DNA of 40,623 nt from Rhodospirillales bacterium (GCA_043788425.1 JAYVTX010000149.1:1-40623), one strand, 5' to 3'. Counted from the stretch's first letter, positions 15,900 through 27,706 are shown. The notes: generated by a model not told the origin, from the sequence alone. Program-made: numbers and translations.

Positions 15900-18173
15900 A
15901 TGAGCCGATCCGTTCCATCGCGCCCAAGCCTAGGCCTACCCGGGCTGCTGGCAAGCCCTGGGGCCACCCCGCGCCTACCCGTGCTGCTGCCGCGCCCCTT
16001 CGCCGGGCCATTCGACTACGCAATCGGCCCGCACCAGCACGCGGCACCCGGCGATATCGTATTGGTACCGCTGAACCGCCGGGCAGAGGTCGGTGTGGTG
16101 TGGGACAGCCCCGGCGGCCCGGCCGTCGACGATGCGAAATTGAAGTCCATCACCGCCGTGCTGGACCAGCCCCCTTTGCCCCAGGCATTGCGACGGTTCA
16201 TCGACTGGGTGGCGGGTTACACGCTGTCCTTTCCTGGCGACGTGCTGGCGATGGCTTTGCGGGTTAACGCGCTGACGCCCGATGCGCCCACGGCTGCGTA
16301 CCGGCAGCCTGATACCACCACGGCTGCGTACCGGCAGCCTGGTACCACCACGGCTGCGTACCAGCTGAGTGTGCCTGGAAAGCTGACGCCGGGCCGGCAA
16401 CGGGTGCTGGATACGTTGACGCCCGGTGCGGTGTTGACGATGCCGGGCCTGACCCGTGTCGCAAACGTATCGACAGCGGTCGTCCGCGGCATGGTGGATT
16501 TAGGCATGGTCGAACGCGTGGCCCTGCCCGCGTGGCGGCCGGCAGCCCCGGACATCGCCAGCCCCGGCCCCGCCCTACGCCCCGAACAGGCCAGCGCCGC
16601 CCAGGCCCTTCGCGACGCGGTCGGTACCGGGTTCAGTGTCACGCTGCTGGACGGGGTAACGGGGTCGGGTAAGACGGAAGTTTACCTTGAGGCCGTCGCC
16701 GCCTGCGTCGCCGCGGGGCGGCAGGCGCTGGTGCTGCTGCCGGAAATCGCGTTGGGGGCTCAATGGCTCGAACGCTGCACCGCCCGGTTCCACGCCGCAC
16801 CGGCCGTCTGGCACTCCGACCTATCCTCCCGCATCCGGCGGCAGACCTGGCGCGCCATCGCCGACGGGGCAGCGCCGGTCGTTGTCGGCGCACGCAGCGC
16901 GCTGTTCCTGCCGTTCCCGGATCTGGGCCTAATCATTGTCGATGAGGAGCATGAGACGGCGTTCAAGCAAGAGGATGGCGTTACCTACCACGCCCGCGAC
17001 ATGGCCGTTGTCCGCGCACGGCTGAGTGACGCGCCGGCCATCCTGGTATCGGCCACGCCCAGTTTGGAAACGCTGAGCAACGTCGAAACCGGGCGCTATC
17101 AGCGCCTGACGCTGACGGCCCGGCATGGCGGCGCGCAATTGCCGGCGGTGGCAGCCATCGATTTGCGCGAACACCCGCCGCCCCGGGGCCGGTTTCTGTC
17201 GCCCGTGCTGGTCGATGCAATCGCGGCCACCATCGGGCGGGGCGAGCAGGCCATGCTGTTCCTGAACCGCCGGGGCTATGCGCCGCTGACGTTGTGCCGC
17301 CATTGCGGGCACCGCATGCAGTGCCCGAACTGCACGGCCTGGCTGGTCGAACACCGCGCCCGCCATGTGCTGACTTGCCACCACTGCGCGCATACCGAGG
17401 ATATTCCCGAACACTGCCCCGCCTGCGACGCACCCCATAGCCTGACGCCGATCGGCCCAGGCGTAGAGCGCATTACCGAGGAAGCCACGGCCCTGTTTCC
17501 CGACGCGCGCCGGTTGGTAATGGCTAGCGACACCATGACCGGCCCCAACGCCGCCGCCGACGCCGCCCACCGGATCGAACGGCGGGAGGTCGATTTGATC
17601 ATCGGCACCCAAATCGTAGCAAAGGGCTGGCACTTTCCGCATTTGACGCTGGTTGGGGTCGTGGATGCCGACCTCGGCCTGGCCGGTGGGGACTTACGCG
17701 CGGCCGAACGCACCGTGCAGCTGTTGCACCAGGTCGCGGGGCGCGCCGGCCGGGCGGAGGCACCGGGCACCGTCCTGCTACAAACATTCAGCCCCGAGCA
17801 TCCCGTCATGCAGGCGCTGGTTGGCGGCGACCTGGCAGCGTTCATGGCGGCGGAGGCTGCGGGGCGCCGGCCGGGTCACTGGCCACCCTATGGCCGGCTA
17901 GCGGCGCTGATCGTTAGTGCGGATACGGCCGGTGACGCCGATGCACTGGCCGCTGCGCTGGGCCGGGCGGCACCGCGGGGGGATGGGCTGGTGGTGCTGG
18001 GGCCCGCGCCCGCGCCGCTCGCGATCCTACGCGGACGGCACCGGCGGCGGCTGTTGCTGAAGGCGCGGCGGGACGTAGCCGTTCAGCCAGTTCTGCGTGC
18101 GTGGCTGGACCAGGTGCCAGTGCCCGCCCGGTCACGCGTGGATGTGGATGTCGACCCGGTATCGTTTTTGTAG
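15900..18173 (+). CDS. priA: primosomal protein N' (replication restart helicase PriA)
   Basis: Walker A GVTGSGKTEVYL, DEEH box (IIVDEEHE), Cys-rich zinc insertion (CRHCGHRMQCPNCTAWLVEHRARHVLTCHHCAH...CPACD) and helicase motif QVAGRAGR. The start is either the ATG at 15900 or the GTG at 15888. Confidence 0.93.
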   Translation: MSRSVPSRPSLGLPGLLASPGATPRLPVLLPRPFAGPFDYAIGPHQHAAPGDIVLVPLNRRAEVGVVWDSPGGPAVDDAKLKSITAVLDQPPLPQALRRFIDWVAGYTLSFPGDVLAMALRVNALTPDAPTAAYRQPDTTTAAYRQPGTTTAAYQLSVPGKLTPGRQRVLDTLTPGAVLTMPGLTRVANVSTAVVRGMVDLGMVERVALPAWRPAAPDIASPGPALRPEQASAAQALRDAVGTGFSVTLLDGVTGSGKTEVYLEAVAACVAAGRQALVLLPEIALGAQWLERCTARFHAAPAVWHSDLSSRIRRQTWRAIADGAAPVVVGARSALFLPFPDLGLIIVDEEHETAFKQEDGVTYHARDMAVVRARLSDAPAILVSATPSLETLSNVETGRYQRLTLTARHGGAQLPAVAAIDLREHPPPRGRFLSPVLVDAIAATIGRGEQAMLFLNRRGYAPLTLCRHCGHRMQCPNCTAWLVEHRARHVLTCHHCAHTEDIPEHCPACDAPHSLTPIGPGVERITEEATALFPDARRLVMASDTMTGPNAAADAAHRIERREVDLIIGTQIVAKGWHFPHLTLVGVVDADLGLAGGDLRAAERTVQLLHQVAGRAGRAEAPGTVLLQTFSPEHPVMQALVGGDLAAFMAAEAAGRRPGHWPPYGRLAALIVSADTAGDADALAAALGRAAPRGDGLVVLGPAPAPLAILRGRHRRRLLLKARRDVAVQPVLRAWLDQVPVPARSRVDVDVDPVSFL
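16288..16362 (+). repeat. 30-bp tandem direct repeat (about 2.5 copies) inside priA, in frame
   Basis: cggctgcgtaccggcagcctgataccacca (16291-16320), cggctgcgtaccggcagcctgGtaccacca (16321-16350), then cggctgcgtacc (16351-16362). Encodes TAAYRQPDTT TAAYRQPGTT TAAY. Confidence 0.95.
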
Positions 18174-18923
18174 CGCCAGCAATGCTGGGATAACCACCAG
18201 GATCGACGCCGGCTCGGGCACATCCACCACGCCATTGGCCACCGAGAACCGGAACTGACCCGGCGTCCCGTCATTGCTATGCGTCGCCAAGGCGTTCGCG
18301 CCACCATCGATGAATGCGCCGGGTACGAGCGAACCCGCCATTGCAAACGACGCCCCGCCCCCGTTCCACCCGACGGAGGCCGTGGTTCCGCCTAGGCCGT
18401 CGACGCCGCCATTGGCATAGCCTGCCTCCCATCCGATGGCGCCGTAGTTGAATGTGATGTCGAAATCGCCCACGCCGCGGTCGGCACGCCCGGTCAGGAT
18501 GAGTTGGAATGTATTGAGCCGGTCTGCGCCAAGCTGAAAGTATCCAACGCCGGGCCAGGTTACGCCGAACGCCGGCCGGCCAGCGTCGATGCCAGTTCCA
18601 TAATGCACCACACCGCTGGTCGTCCGGCGCGTGTCCACATCGGCAAAAAACGGGGCGATGATCGGCTGCCCGGTATAGCCGGCCCCCAGGCCATACGGCG
18701 TGAAGTCGGTTTGCGGGGCAACGAAGCTAAGAACGCCGTTAGTACTAACGTATGCGCTGTCATACAGCCGGCCGTAGAACGACATCTGAAAGCCGAGTGC
18801 GACAGCGCCGGACGCACTATCATCGGCCCGGGCCAGGCTGGCCTGATCGAACCCTGGGCGGACTGGATTGGCCCGAACCGGTCCACACCAAACGAGTGCA
18901 GCAAGGAGCATCAATGCGCGCAC
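18132..18923 (-). CDS. secreted NIDO (nidogen-like) domain protein with C-terminal PEP-CTERM sorting signal
   Basis: GTG at 18923 preceded by GGAGA with a 7-nt spacer. Signal peptide MRALMLLAALVWCGPVRA. NIDO-like block FYGRLYDSAYVSTNGVLSF...IIAPFFADVD. C-terminus VPEPASILVVIPALLALQKRYR has the PEP motif, a hydrophobic helix and a basic cluster. The last 14 codons overlap the convergent priA end. Confidence 0.72.
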   Translation of the reverse strand: MRALMLLAALVWCGPVRANPVRPGFDQASLARADDSASGAVALGFQMSFYGRLYDSAYVSTNGVLSFVAPQTDFTPYGLGAGYTGQPIIAPFFADVDTRRTTSGVVHYGTGIDAGRPAFGVTWPGVGYFQLGADRLNTFQLILTGRADRGVGDFDITFNYGAIGWEAGYANGGVDGLGGTTASVGWNGGGASFAMAGSLVPGAFIDGGANALATHSNDGTPGQFRFSVANGVVDVPEPASILVVIPALLALQKRYRVDIHIHA

Positions 18924-18950
18924 AAGGACGTCTCCAAATTGAGAAACGTC

Positions 18951-18979
18951 ACAATATTCTTACGGAATGGTTAATGCAA
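18951..18979 (-). promoter_or_regulatory. sigma70-like promoter candidate for the PEP-CTERM gene
   Basis: On the minus strand, TTGCAT (18979-18974), a 17-nt spacer, then TATTGT (18956-18951), in a locally AT-rich 60-nt gap. Confidence 0.25.
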
Positions 18980-18984
18980 CCGGA

Positions 18985-20667
18985 TTAGGGGCGATTCCGC
19001 CAGCCCCGCCAGCCGCCGAACGGCGTGATGTCTTCACCGACGACCGGCTCGCTGATGAAGCCCAGCGCTGGGCCGTGTTCGAGCAAAACGGTGCCCAAGC
19101 CAAGTGGTGGTGCGATAGTCGCCATGAACCCGGCCAGTGCGGCGGGGGGCAATGCCCAAACCTCACCAGGTAGCGCCGCAGTACCATCGCGGACCAGCGC
19201 CGGGCGGGGCTGCGGTCCCGCTAGCAGCAGCATGCGGTAGGCGGGCGCGGTGGTGCAGGCACGCACGAACCAGGCCCCGCGGGCGAGCAGGTCGGTGTTT
19301 AGCGGTTGGCCGGTCAAGTGCGCGCCGAAGACTGCAATCTCCACCCCATCATGCGGCATTGGGGCGCCTGTGGCCCCTAGCGTCAGCCCGGCCGCACGAT
19401 GCAGGCGGGCACCGAACGCCGCCAAGGCGTGGTCGGACCAGGCCGGGCCGACGAGCGTTATCCCATGCGGCATCCCACCGGCATGGAAGCCGGCCGGTAT
19501 GGCGATTGCGGCCAAGTCCATGAGGTTCACGAAGTTCGTATAGGTGCCCAGCCGCGCATTGGTGCCGATCGGGTCATCGGCCACCTGCCGCAGTGTCGGT
19601 GCGCTCGGGTACGTTGGCAGCATCATGCAATCGATCTGCCGCCACACGGCCGCTGTTTGACGGATCAGAGCGGCCAACTGGTGCTGCGCCGCGAACAACG
19701 CCGGGCCGGTAATGGCGGCACCACCGGCCAGGATTGTGCGTATAACCGGCAGGACTTGGTCGAGCCGATGACCATGCGCCGCCGCACGCTCCGCCGCCCA
19801 GGGGCCGTAGAGCAGGCCCGCCGCCTCGGCAAAAGGAGCAAAGTCGAAGGGGATGATGGTGGCCCCTAGGCGGCGGGCACGTTCGATACTGGCGGCGTAG
19901 GCGATTGCGGCAGCGTCGTTGCCAAGGAACTCGGGATGGTCCGGCACGCCGACGCGCAACGCCGCGAATCCGCGCGGGGCGGGCTGCCGGGCATACGGGT
20001 CGGTTGAATCATACCCGGCGGCCACGTCCAGCACGGCGCGCGCATCGGGGACAGTCAGCGCCAGAATCGACACGCAATCCAGCGACCGACACGCTGGCAC
20101 GACGCCGGTGGTGCTGATCCATCCGCAGGTCGGCTTCAGCCCAACCACGTTGTTCAGCCCCGCTGGTACCCGGCCCGAGCCAGCCGTGTCGGTGCCCAGT
20201 GCAAAACTGACCAACCCGGACGCGACCGCAACCGCGGAGCCGGAGCTGCTGCCGCCTGGCACGTACGCCGCGTCGAACGGGTTATGCGGCACCCCGTATG
20301 GCGACCGCACGCCTACCAGGCCCGTCGCCAACTGGTCCATGTTGGTTTTGCCGACAACGATCGCGCCTGCAGCTACCAGGCGCTGCACCACGGGCGCGTG
20401 GCGGTCGGGGGTGTAGGCCAGGCCCGGGCACCCCGCGGTGGTGGGCAGCCCGGCCACGTCGATGTTGTCCTTCACTGCAAACGGCACGCCACCCAGCGGC
20501 AGAGATATGTCGGCGTCGCGAGCGGCTTGCAGCAACGCCGCGACCGGCACACGGGTGATCCAGACCGCGTCATCTGCCATGCGGGCGCATGCGGCGGCCA
20601 TCGCCTGTTCGGGCGTGGCGTCCCCGGTACGATATGCGTGCTGCAGCCGGGTTAGGGTCAGATCCAT
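18985..20667 (-). CDS. atzF: allophanate hydrolase (amidase-signature domain plus AtzF-type C-terminal domain)
   Basis: The start is likely the ATG at 20667 (MDLTLTRLQHAYRTGD...). Amidase signature GGSSSGSAVAVASG and FAVKDNIDVAGLPTTAG. The C-terminal roughly 120 aa (IAVFGAHLTGQPLN...EVWALPPAALAGFMATIAPPLGLGTVLLEHG) is typical of allophanate hydrolases. Confidence 0.85.
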   Translation of the reverse strand: MDLTLTRLQHAYRTGDATPEQAMAAACARMADDAVWITRVPVAALLQAARDADISLPLGGVPFAVKDNIDVAGLPTTAGCPGLAYTPDRHAPVVQRLVAAGAIVVGKTNMDQLATGLVGVRSPYGVPHNPFDAAYVPGGSSSGSAVAVASGLVSFALGTDTAGSGRVPAGLNNVVGLKPTCGWISTTGVVPACRSLDCVSILALTVPDARAVLDVAAGYDSTDPYARQPAPRGFAALRVGVPDHPEFLGNDAAAIAYAASIERARRLGATIIPFDFAPFAEAAGLLYGPWAAERAAAHGHRLDQVLPVIRTILAGGAAITGPALFAAQHQLAALIRQTAAVWRQIDCMMLPTYPSAPTLRQVADDPIGTNARLGTYTNFVNLMDLAAIAIPAGFHAGGMPHGITLVGPAWSDHALAAFGARLHRAAGLTLGATGAPMPHDGVEIAVFGAHLTGQPLNTDLLARGAWFVRACTTAPAYRMLLLAGPQPRPALVRDGTAALPGEVWALPPAALAGFMATIAPPLGLGTVLLEHGPALGFISEPVVGEDITPFGGWRGWRNRP

Positions 20668-20764
20668 CGCGCCAACCTGCCCGACCGGTGCGGCCCGGCA
20701 CAAGTGCGCCCCTTTCCCTGGTGGAACCCCCATGCTAACTGCCCGCCATCAATCGCGACGTCGC

Positions 20765-21357
20765 ATGTCGGCACCAATCGAAACGGGGAAACGCGTGGCC
20801 TCTGGCACAAACTCATCCAGCAGTGGGCTTGCCGAACGGTATGCCAACGCATTGTACGCCCAGGCAGACGAGACCGGCGCGATCGACGCTACGGTGCTTG
20901 AAATGGAAGCGCTGGGCCGCTTGATCGACACCACACCCGACTTTCGCCGGCTGATCGAAAGCCCGCTTATCGATGTGAACCAGGCCCGCCTGGCCGCCGA
21001 TGCCGTGTTGCTCAGCCAGGGATTTGGCAAGCTGGTCCGTGATTTTGTAGGCGTGGTTGCCAATAACCGGCGCTTGGGTGCGCTCCGGGTTATCGTCGCC
21101 GGGTTTGCGTCGCTGGTCGCGCAAAAGCGCGGTATCGTTGTAGCGCACGTTAGCAGCGCCCACCCGCTGACGGACGTGCAGCGCGAACAGCTGCGCGCCC
21201 GCATGATCGAAGCTGGCTACGGCACGGTTAATATAAATGAGAAGGTCGATCCCAGCCTGCTGGGCGGCCTGGTCGTGCGTGTCGGCGCGCGGCTTTACGA
21301 CACAAGCCTCAAGTCTCGGCTGCAGAGACTACAATACGCTATGAAGGGTGCCGCCTG

Positions 21358-21358
<1 letters not shown>
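20765..21358 (+). CDS. atpH: F0F1 ATP synthase subunit delta (OSCP)
   Basis: The track ORF (20438..) is an artefactual extension antisense to atzF. The conserved start region is [17 protein letters not shown]. Candidate starts are the ATG at 20765 and the GTG at 20795, which is preceded by GGGGAA; the GTG gives a 187-aa protein of more typical size. Confidence 0.9.
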
Positions 21359-22889
<1,531 letters not shown>

Positions 22890-22890
<1 letters not shown>

Positions 22891-23765
22891 TGGCGAGCCT
22901 TAAGGCCCTTCGCGCGCGGATCAATAGCGTCAAATCCACGCGTAAGATCACGTCGGCCATGAAGATGGTGGCCGCGAGCAAGCTGAAGCGTGCGCAGACG
23001 CAGGCCGAAGCAGCGCGTCCGTATGCAGTGCGGATGCAGCGGATGCTGGGTGCGTTGGCGCGAAGTGCCGCAAACAGCCCGACCGCGCCGCGTATGCTGG
23101 TGGGAACGGGTAAGGACCAGGTGCATCTGCTGGTGGTAGTTACGGCCGATCGCGGCCTAGCCGGCGCGTTCAATACCAACGTCGGCCGCGCGGCCCGCGG
23201 CGCCATCCAGCGGCTGGAGGGCGAGGGCAAGACCGTCCGCGTGCTGACGGTCGGTCGTAAGGGCCGCGACTATTTGAAGCGCGAATACGCTAGCCGTCTG
23301 GTTGGAGAGTTCAGCTTTGCCGGCAAGAAGCGGGTCGAGTTTAGCGACACGGCGGAGGTTGCAGCCCGCGTTACATCCATGATGGAGGCCGGTGAGTTCG
23401 ACGTCTGCACCATCGTGTACAACCGGTTCCAGTCCGTCATCAGCCAAATCCCGACCGAGCTGCGTCTCATACCCCTCGCAATACCAGAAGGCGACGCACC
23501 GACCGGTGGCGCGCAATACGAGTTTGAGCCGGACGAAGAAGATATCTTGCGGGCGCTGCTGCCCCGCAACATGGCCATCCAGCTGTTCCGCGCCCTGATC
23601 GAGAGCGCGGCCGGCGAACAGGGGGCGCGCATGTCCGCCATGGATAACGCGACCCGTAACGCCGGTGATATGATTAACCGGCTGACACTGAATTATAACC
23701 GCACGCGGCAGGCCAACATCACGCGGGAGCTGATCGAAATCATCTCCGGCGCTGAAGCGGTCTGA
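22890..23765 (+). CDS. atpG: F0F1 ATP synthase subunit gamma
   Basis: 291 aa. [33 protein letters not shown]-terminus and [15 protein letters not shown]-terminus. Confidence 0.97.
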
Positions 23766-25211
<1,446 letters not shown>

Positions 25212-25213
25212 CC

Positions 25214-25621
25214 ATGCCGACGCTGCTGGAAATCGTCAGCCCGGATAAGCTGCTGCTGTCGCAGCCGGTCGATATGGCCGTCATCCCTGCAGCTGAGGGC
25301 GATATGGGCGTACTGCCCGGTCATGCGCCAATGATCGTGCTACTGCGTGGTGGCACGATCGTGTTGCATGAGGGGGGTAAACCCACCGCCCGGCTGTTCG
25401 TCAGCGGCGGCTTTGCCGAGGTCACGGCCGACCGGTGTACCGTTTTGGCCGATGAGGCAATCCCGGTGGCAGAGGTTTCCCGCGCCAAAGCCGACGCCCG
25501 CCTTGCTGCGGCAGAGGCTGGTTACGCGGCGGCCGACAAGACCGATATCGCCATGTTGGATAGCCTTATGGACCAGATGCAGTCCGCCCGCGCCATGATC
25601 CTTGCCGCGGAAGCGCCATAG
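25214..25621 (+). CDS. atpC: F0F1 ATP synthase subunit epsilon
   Basis: 135 aa. N-terminal beta-sandwich (EIVSPDKLLLSQPVDMAVIPAAEGDMGVLPGHAPM) plus a C-terminal helical hairpin. Last gene of the atpHAGDC operon. Confidence 0.95.
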   Translation: MPTLLEIVSPDKLLLSQPVDMAVIPAAEGDMGVLPGHAPMIVLLRGGTIVLHEGGKPTARLFVSGGFAEVTADRCTVLADEAIPVAEVSRAKADARLAAAEAGYAAADKTDIAMLDSLMDQMQSARAMILAAEAP

Positions 25622-25641
25622 GCCAGCAACCTGAACTGGCC
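25621..25641 (+). terminator. weak hairpin after atpC
   Basis: GGCCAG, a 9-nt loop, CTGGCC, followed by ttcgccgtt. Short stem and poor U-tract. Confidence 0.2.
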
Positions 25642-25685
25642 TTCGCCGTTGCGTCCGTTGCCTGAGATATCGAGTACACCTTAGT

Positions 25686-26513
25686 ATGAAGCACTGGCAG
25701 ATCGAGGACGTCGCTTGGGATCAGTTCGATCGATCCCAGGTCGACCCCGAATTGGTGCCGCTGGTGAAGGCGGCTGCCATGGTCGAGCGTAATGGCATTG
25801 AATATGCGGTGTACCTCAGCCGGGTCTTCAACGACGATCCAGATTTCCAACAGGCGACGGACCGCTGGGCGCTGGAGGAAGTGCAGCATGGCGACGCACT
25901 TGGTCGCTGGGCGATGCTGGCCGACCCTGGCTGGGACTTTAAGACCGCATTCCAGCGCTATCGCGATGGCTACAAGCTCCCATTAGACGTCGACGGGTCG
26001 GTCCGCGGGTCCCGCACAGGTGAACTGATCGCGCGTTGTATGGTCGAGATTGGGACCAGTAGCTATTACACCGCCATGTCGGAAAGCTCGACGGAACCGG
26101 TGCTGCGGCAGGTCTGCCACTTAATCGCCGCCGATGAATATCGGCATTTCAAGCTGTTTTACGATCACATGAAGCGCTACCTCGGCCGCGAGGACATTGG
26201 CGTTTTGACCCGGCTACGCATCGCCATGGGCCGGGTGACGGAAACGGAGGATGACGAACTCGCCTTCGCCTTCCATTGCGGGAACGAGCCGGTCGGCATG
26301 GCATACGACCACACGCGCTGCATAGCCGGCTACATGAGCAAGGCCATGGGCTTCTATCGGTTCGGCCATATGGAACGCAGCATGGGTATGATGCTGAAGG
26401 CCGTGGGCCTACCGCCCCGGGGGCGTCTATCGGCGGTGGGTGCCCGGGTCGCCTGGCACATGCTGCGGCGGCGGCGGCGAAAGTTCTTGGCGGACCTCGC
26501 GCACACGGCATGA
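25686..26513 (+). CDS. ferritin-like di-iron carboxylate protein (acyl-ACP-desaturase-like fold), function unknown
   Basis: 275 aa. Ligand pattern E...EXXH...E...EXXH is readable: MVERNG, EEVQHG, MVEIGT, ADEYRHF, at spacings typical of four-helix-bundle di-iron proteins. No TM segment and no signal peptide. Confidence 0.7.
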   Translation: MKHWQIEDVAWDQFDRSQVDPELVPLVKAAAMVERNGIEYAVYLSRVFNDDPDFQQATDRWALEEVQHGDALGRWAMLADPGWDFKTAFQRYRDGYKLPLDVDGSVRGSRTGELIARCMVEIGTSSYYTAMSESSTEPVLRQVCHLIAADEYRHFKLFYDHMKRYLGREDIGVLTRLRIAMGRVTETEDDELAFAFHCGNEPVGMAYDHTRCIAGYMSKAMGFYRFGHMERSMGMMLKAVGLPPRGRLSAVGARVAWHMLRRRRRKFLADLAHTA

Positions 26514-26544
26514 CGGAATATGGCGGGCACTGAATATGGCGGGC
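26513..26544. repeat. 16-bp tandem duplication (2 copies, 15/16 identical)
   Basis: acGgaatatggcgggc (26513-26528) and acTgaatatggcgggc (26529-26544), starting at the last base of the ferritin-like gene stop codon. Confidence 0.8.
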
Positions 26545-26562
26545 ATGGATGTGACGCGGCCC

Positions 26563-26603
26563 AAAAAAGATACGGCCGGTTCGCCACCCTGACGATCCGG
26601 CCG
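26563..26603 (-). terminator. rho-independent terminator downstream of the DUF2852 gene
   Basis: Minus-strand RNA: CGGCCGG-A-UCGUC, loop AGGGU, GGCGA-A-CCGGCCG (12 bp with one A-A mismatch), followed by UAUCUUUUUU. It begins 28 nt after the stop at 26631. Confidence 0.55.
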
Positions 26604-26630
26604 CATGTATACAGACGTTACGCGCTTTGT

Positions 26631-27038
26631 TTACGCAGCCTGATCCTGCTCCCGCACCGGGGCGCGGTTGCGGCCGCGATCGGCCATAAACTGGTCGAAC
26701 TCGGCCTTGTCACGGGCCTGGCGCAGGCGTTCGAGGTACTGCACGAACTCGGCCTGCTCTTCCTCCAACCGGCGCAGCGTGTCGGCACGGTAGGTATCGA
26801 ACGCCGCGTTACCGCTGCCGCCGAATCCCGGCCCGAACGTACGGGCCCCAAATGATTGGGCCTGATTACGGACATTGAACCATTGGCCGGGGGCCTGCCG
26901 GCGGAATGCGGCTAACTTACCGGTTACAGCCAAGTAGCCCAGCACAGCCAGGCCCACGGGCCAGGCGAGCCAGAAGCCACCCAAAACGGCACCCATCCAC
27001 CACAGCGGCCGGGTATTGAAGGTCATGGTCTGATTCAC
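26631..27038 (-). CDS. DUF2852 domain-containing membrane protein
   Basis: 135 aa. GTG at 27038 preceded by GGAGA with a 5-nt spacer. N-terminal TM hairpin (PLWWMGAVLGGFWLAWPVGLAVLGYLAV) and the conserved C-terminal block NAAFDTYRADTLRRLEEEQAEFVQYLERLRQARDKAEFDQFMADR, which I recognise as DUF2852. Confidence 0.8.
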   Translation of the reverse strand: MNQTMTFNTRPLWWMGAVLGGFWLAWPVGLAVLGYLAVTGKLAAFRRQAPGQWFNVRNQAQSFGARTFGPGFGGSGNAAFDTYRADTLRRLEEEQAEFVQYLERLRQARDKAEFDQFMADRGRNRAPVREQDQAA

Positions 27039-27094
27039 GTCGATCTCCGTGGGTTATGTGAACGGCAATCACATTGGCGACCGTGGGTGAGCGT

Positions 27095-27706
27095 TCAAGG
27101 TGGCGGCGCAGAAATCCCGACAGACTGTAAATACAGCAGCAACCCAGCCTCCAGCAGGTCCTCGGGCGGCATTGGCAGCATGCGGCGGTTGGCACCCAGG
27201 AACAGGCCGGCAACGCCGTGGGTCATGGACCAGATATGCAATGCAACCATCAGCGCGGGCGGACGCGGAGGCGGCGCCAAAGCACAGGCGGCGTCGGCGG
27301 CACGACGCAGGACGGTAAATGCCGCGTCGGTCGCAGCCTGCACGGCCGGGTCATCCTCGGTCCCGCCCTGCGCCATGGCGGCGTAGGCGGCCGGCTCCCG
27401 CGCGGCAAAGGCAAGGTACGCGCGGCCACAACGCTCCAGCGCCGCCACGGGGTGCGCAGGGCCGCTAGCGATTGCCTGGCTTAGCGCATCCGTTAGCCGT
27501 TCAAAGCCCTGGCGCGCCACTTCCGCAATCAGGGCGTTGCGGTCGCGGAAATGCCGGTACGGTGCGGCGGGACTGACACCGACGGCGCGGGCGAGCTCCG
27601 CCACCGCCAGGCCAGCAAGGCCGCGACTCGCGATAGCGTCGAGGGCGGCGGTGATCAACGCTTCCCGCAAGTTGCCGTGATGGTAGCCCCGCTCCCGCCC
27701 GCTCAT
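27095..27706 (-). CDS. TetR/AcrR family transcriptional regulator with WHG-type C-terminal domain
   Basis: 203 aa. N-terminal HTH (LAVAELARAVGVSPAAPYRHFRDRNALI) and C-terminal W-x-x-x-HG (HIWSMTHGVAGL). The start overlaps the upstream TetR stop (ATGA at 27706-27703). Confidence 0.88.
   Translation of the reverse strand: MSGRERGYHHGNLREALITAALDAIASRGLAGLAVAELARAVGVSPAAPYRHFRDRNALIAEVARQGFERLTDALSQAIASGPAHPVAALERCGRAYLAFAAREPAAYAAMAQGGTEDDPAVQAATDAAFTVLRRAADAACALAPPPRPPALMVALHIWSMTHGVAGLFLGANRRMLPMPPEDLLEAGLLLYLQSVGISAPPP

Noticed and set aside
20438-20764. N-terminal 109 codons of the track ORF that contains atpH.
   Set aside because: This part is antisense to the N-terminus of the allophanate hydrolase gene. 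The conserved delta-subunit sequence only begins around 20795-20830.
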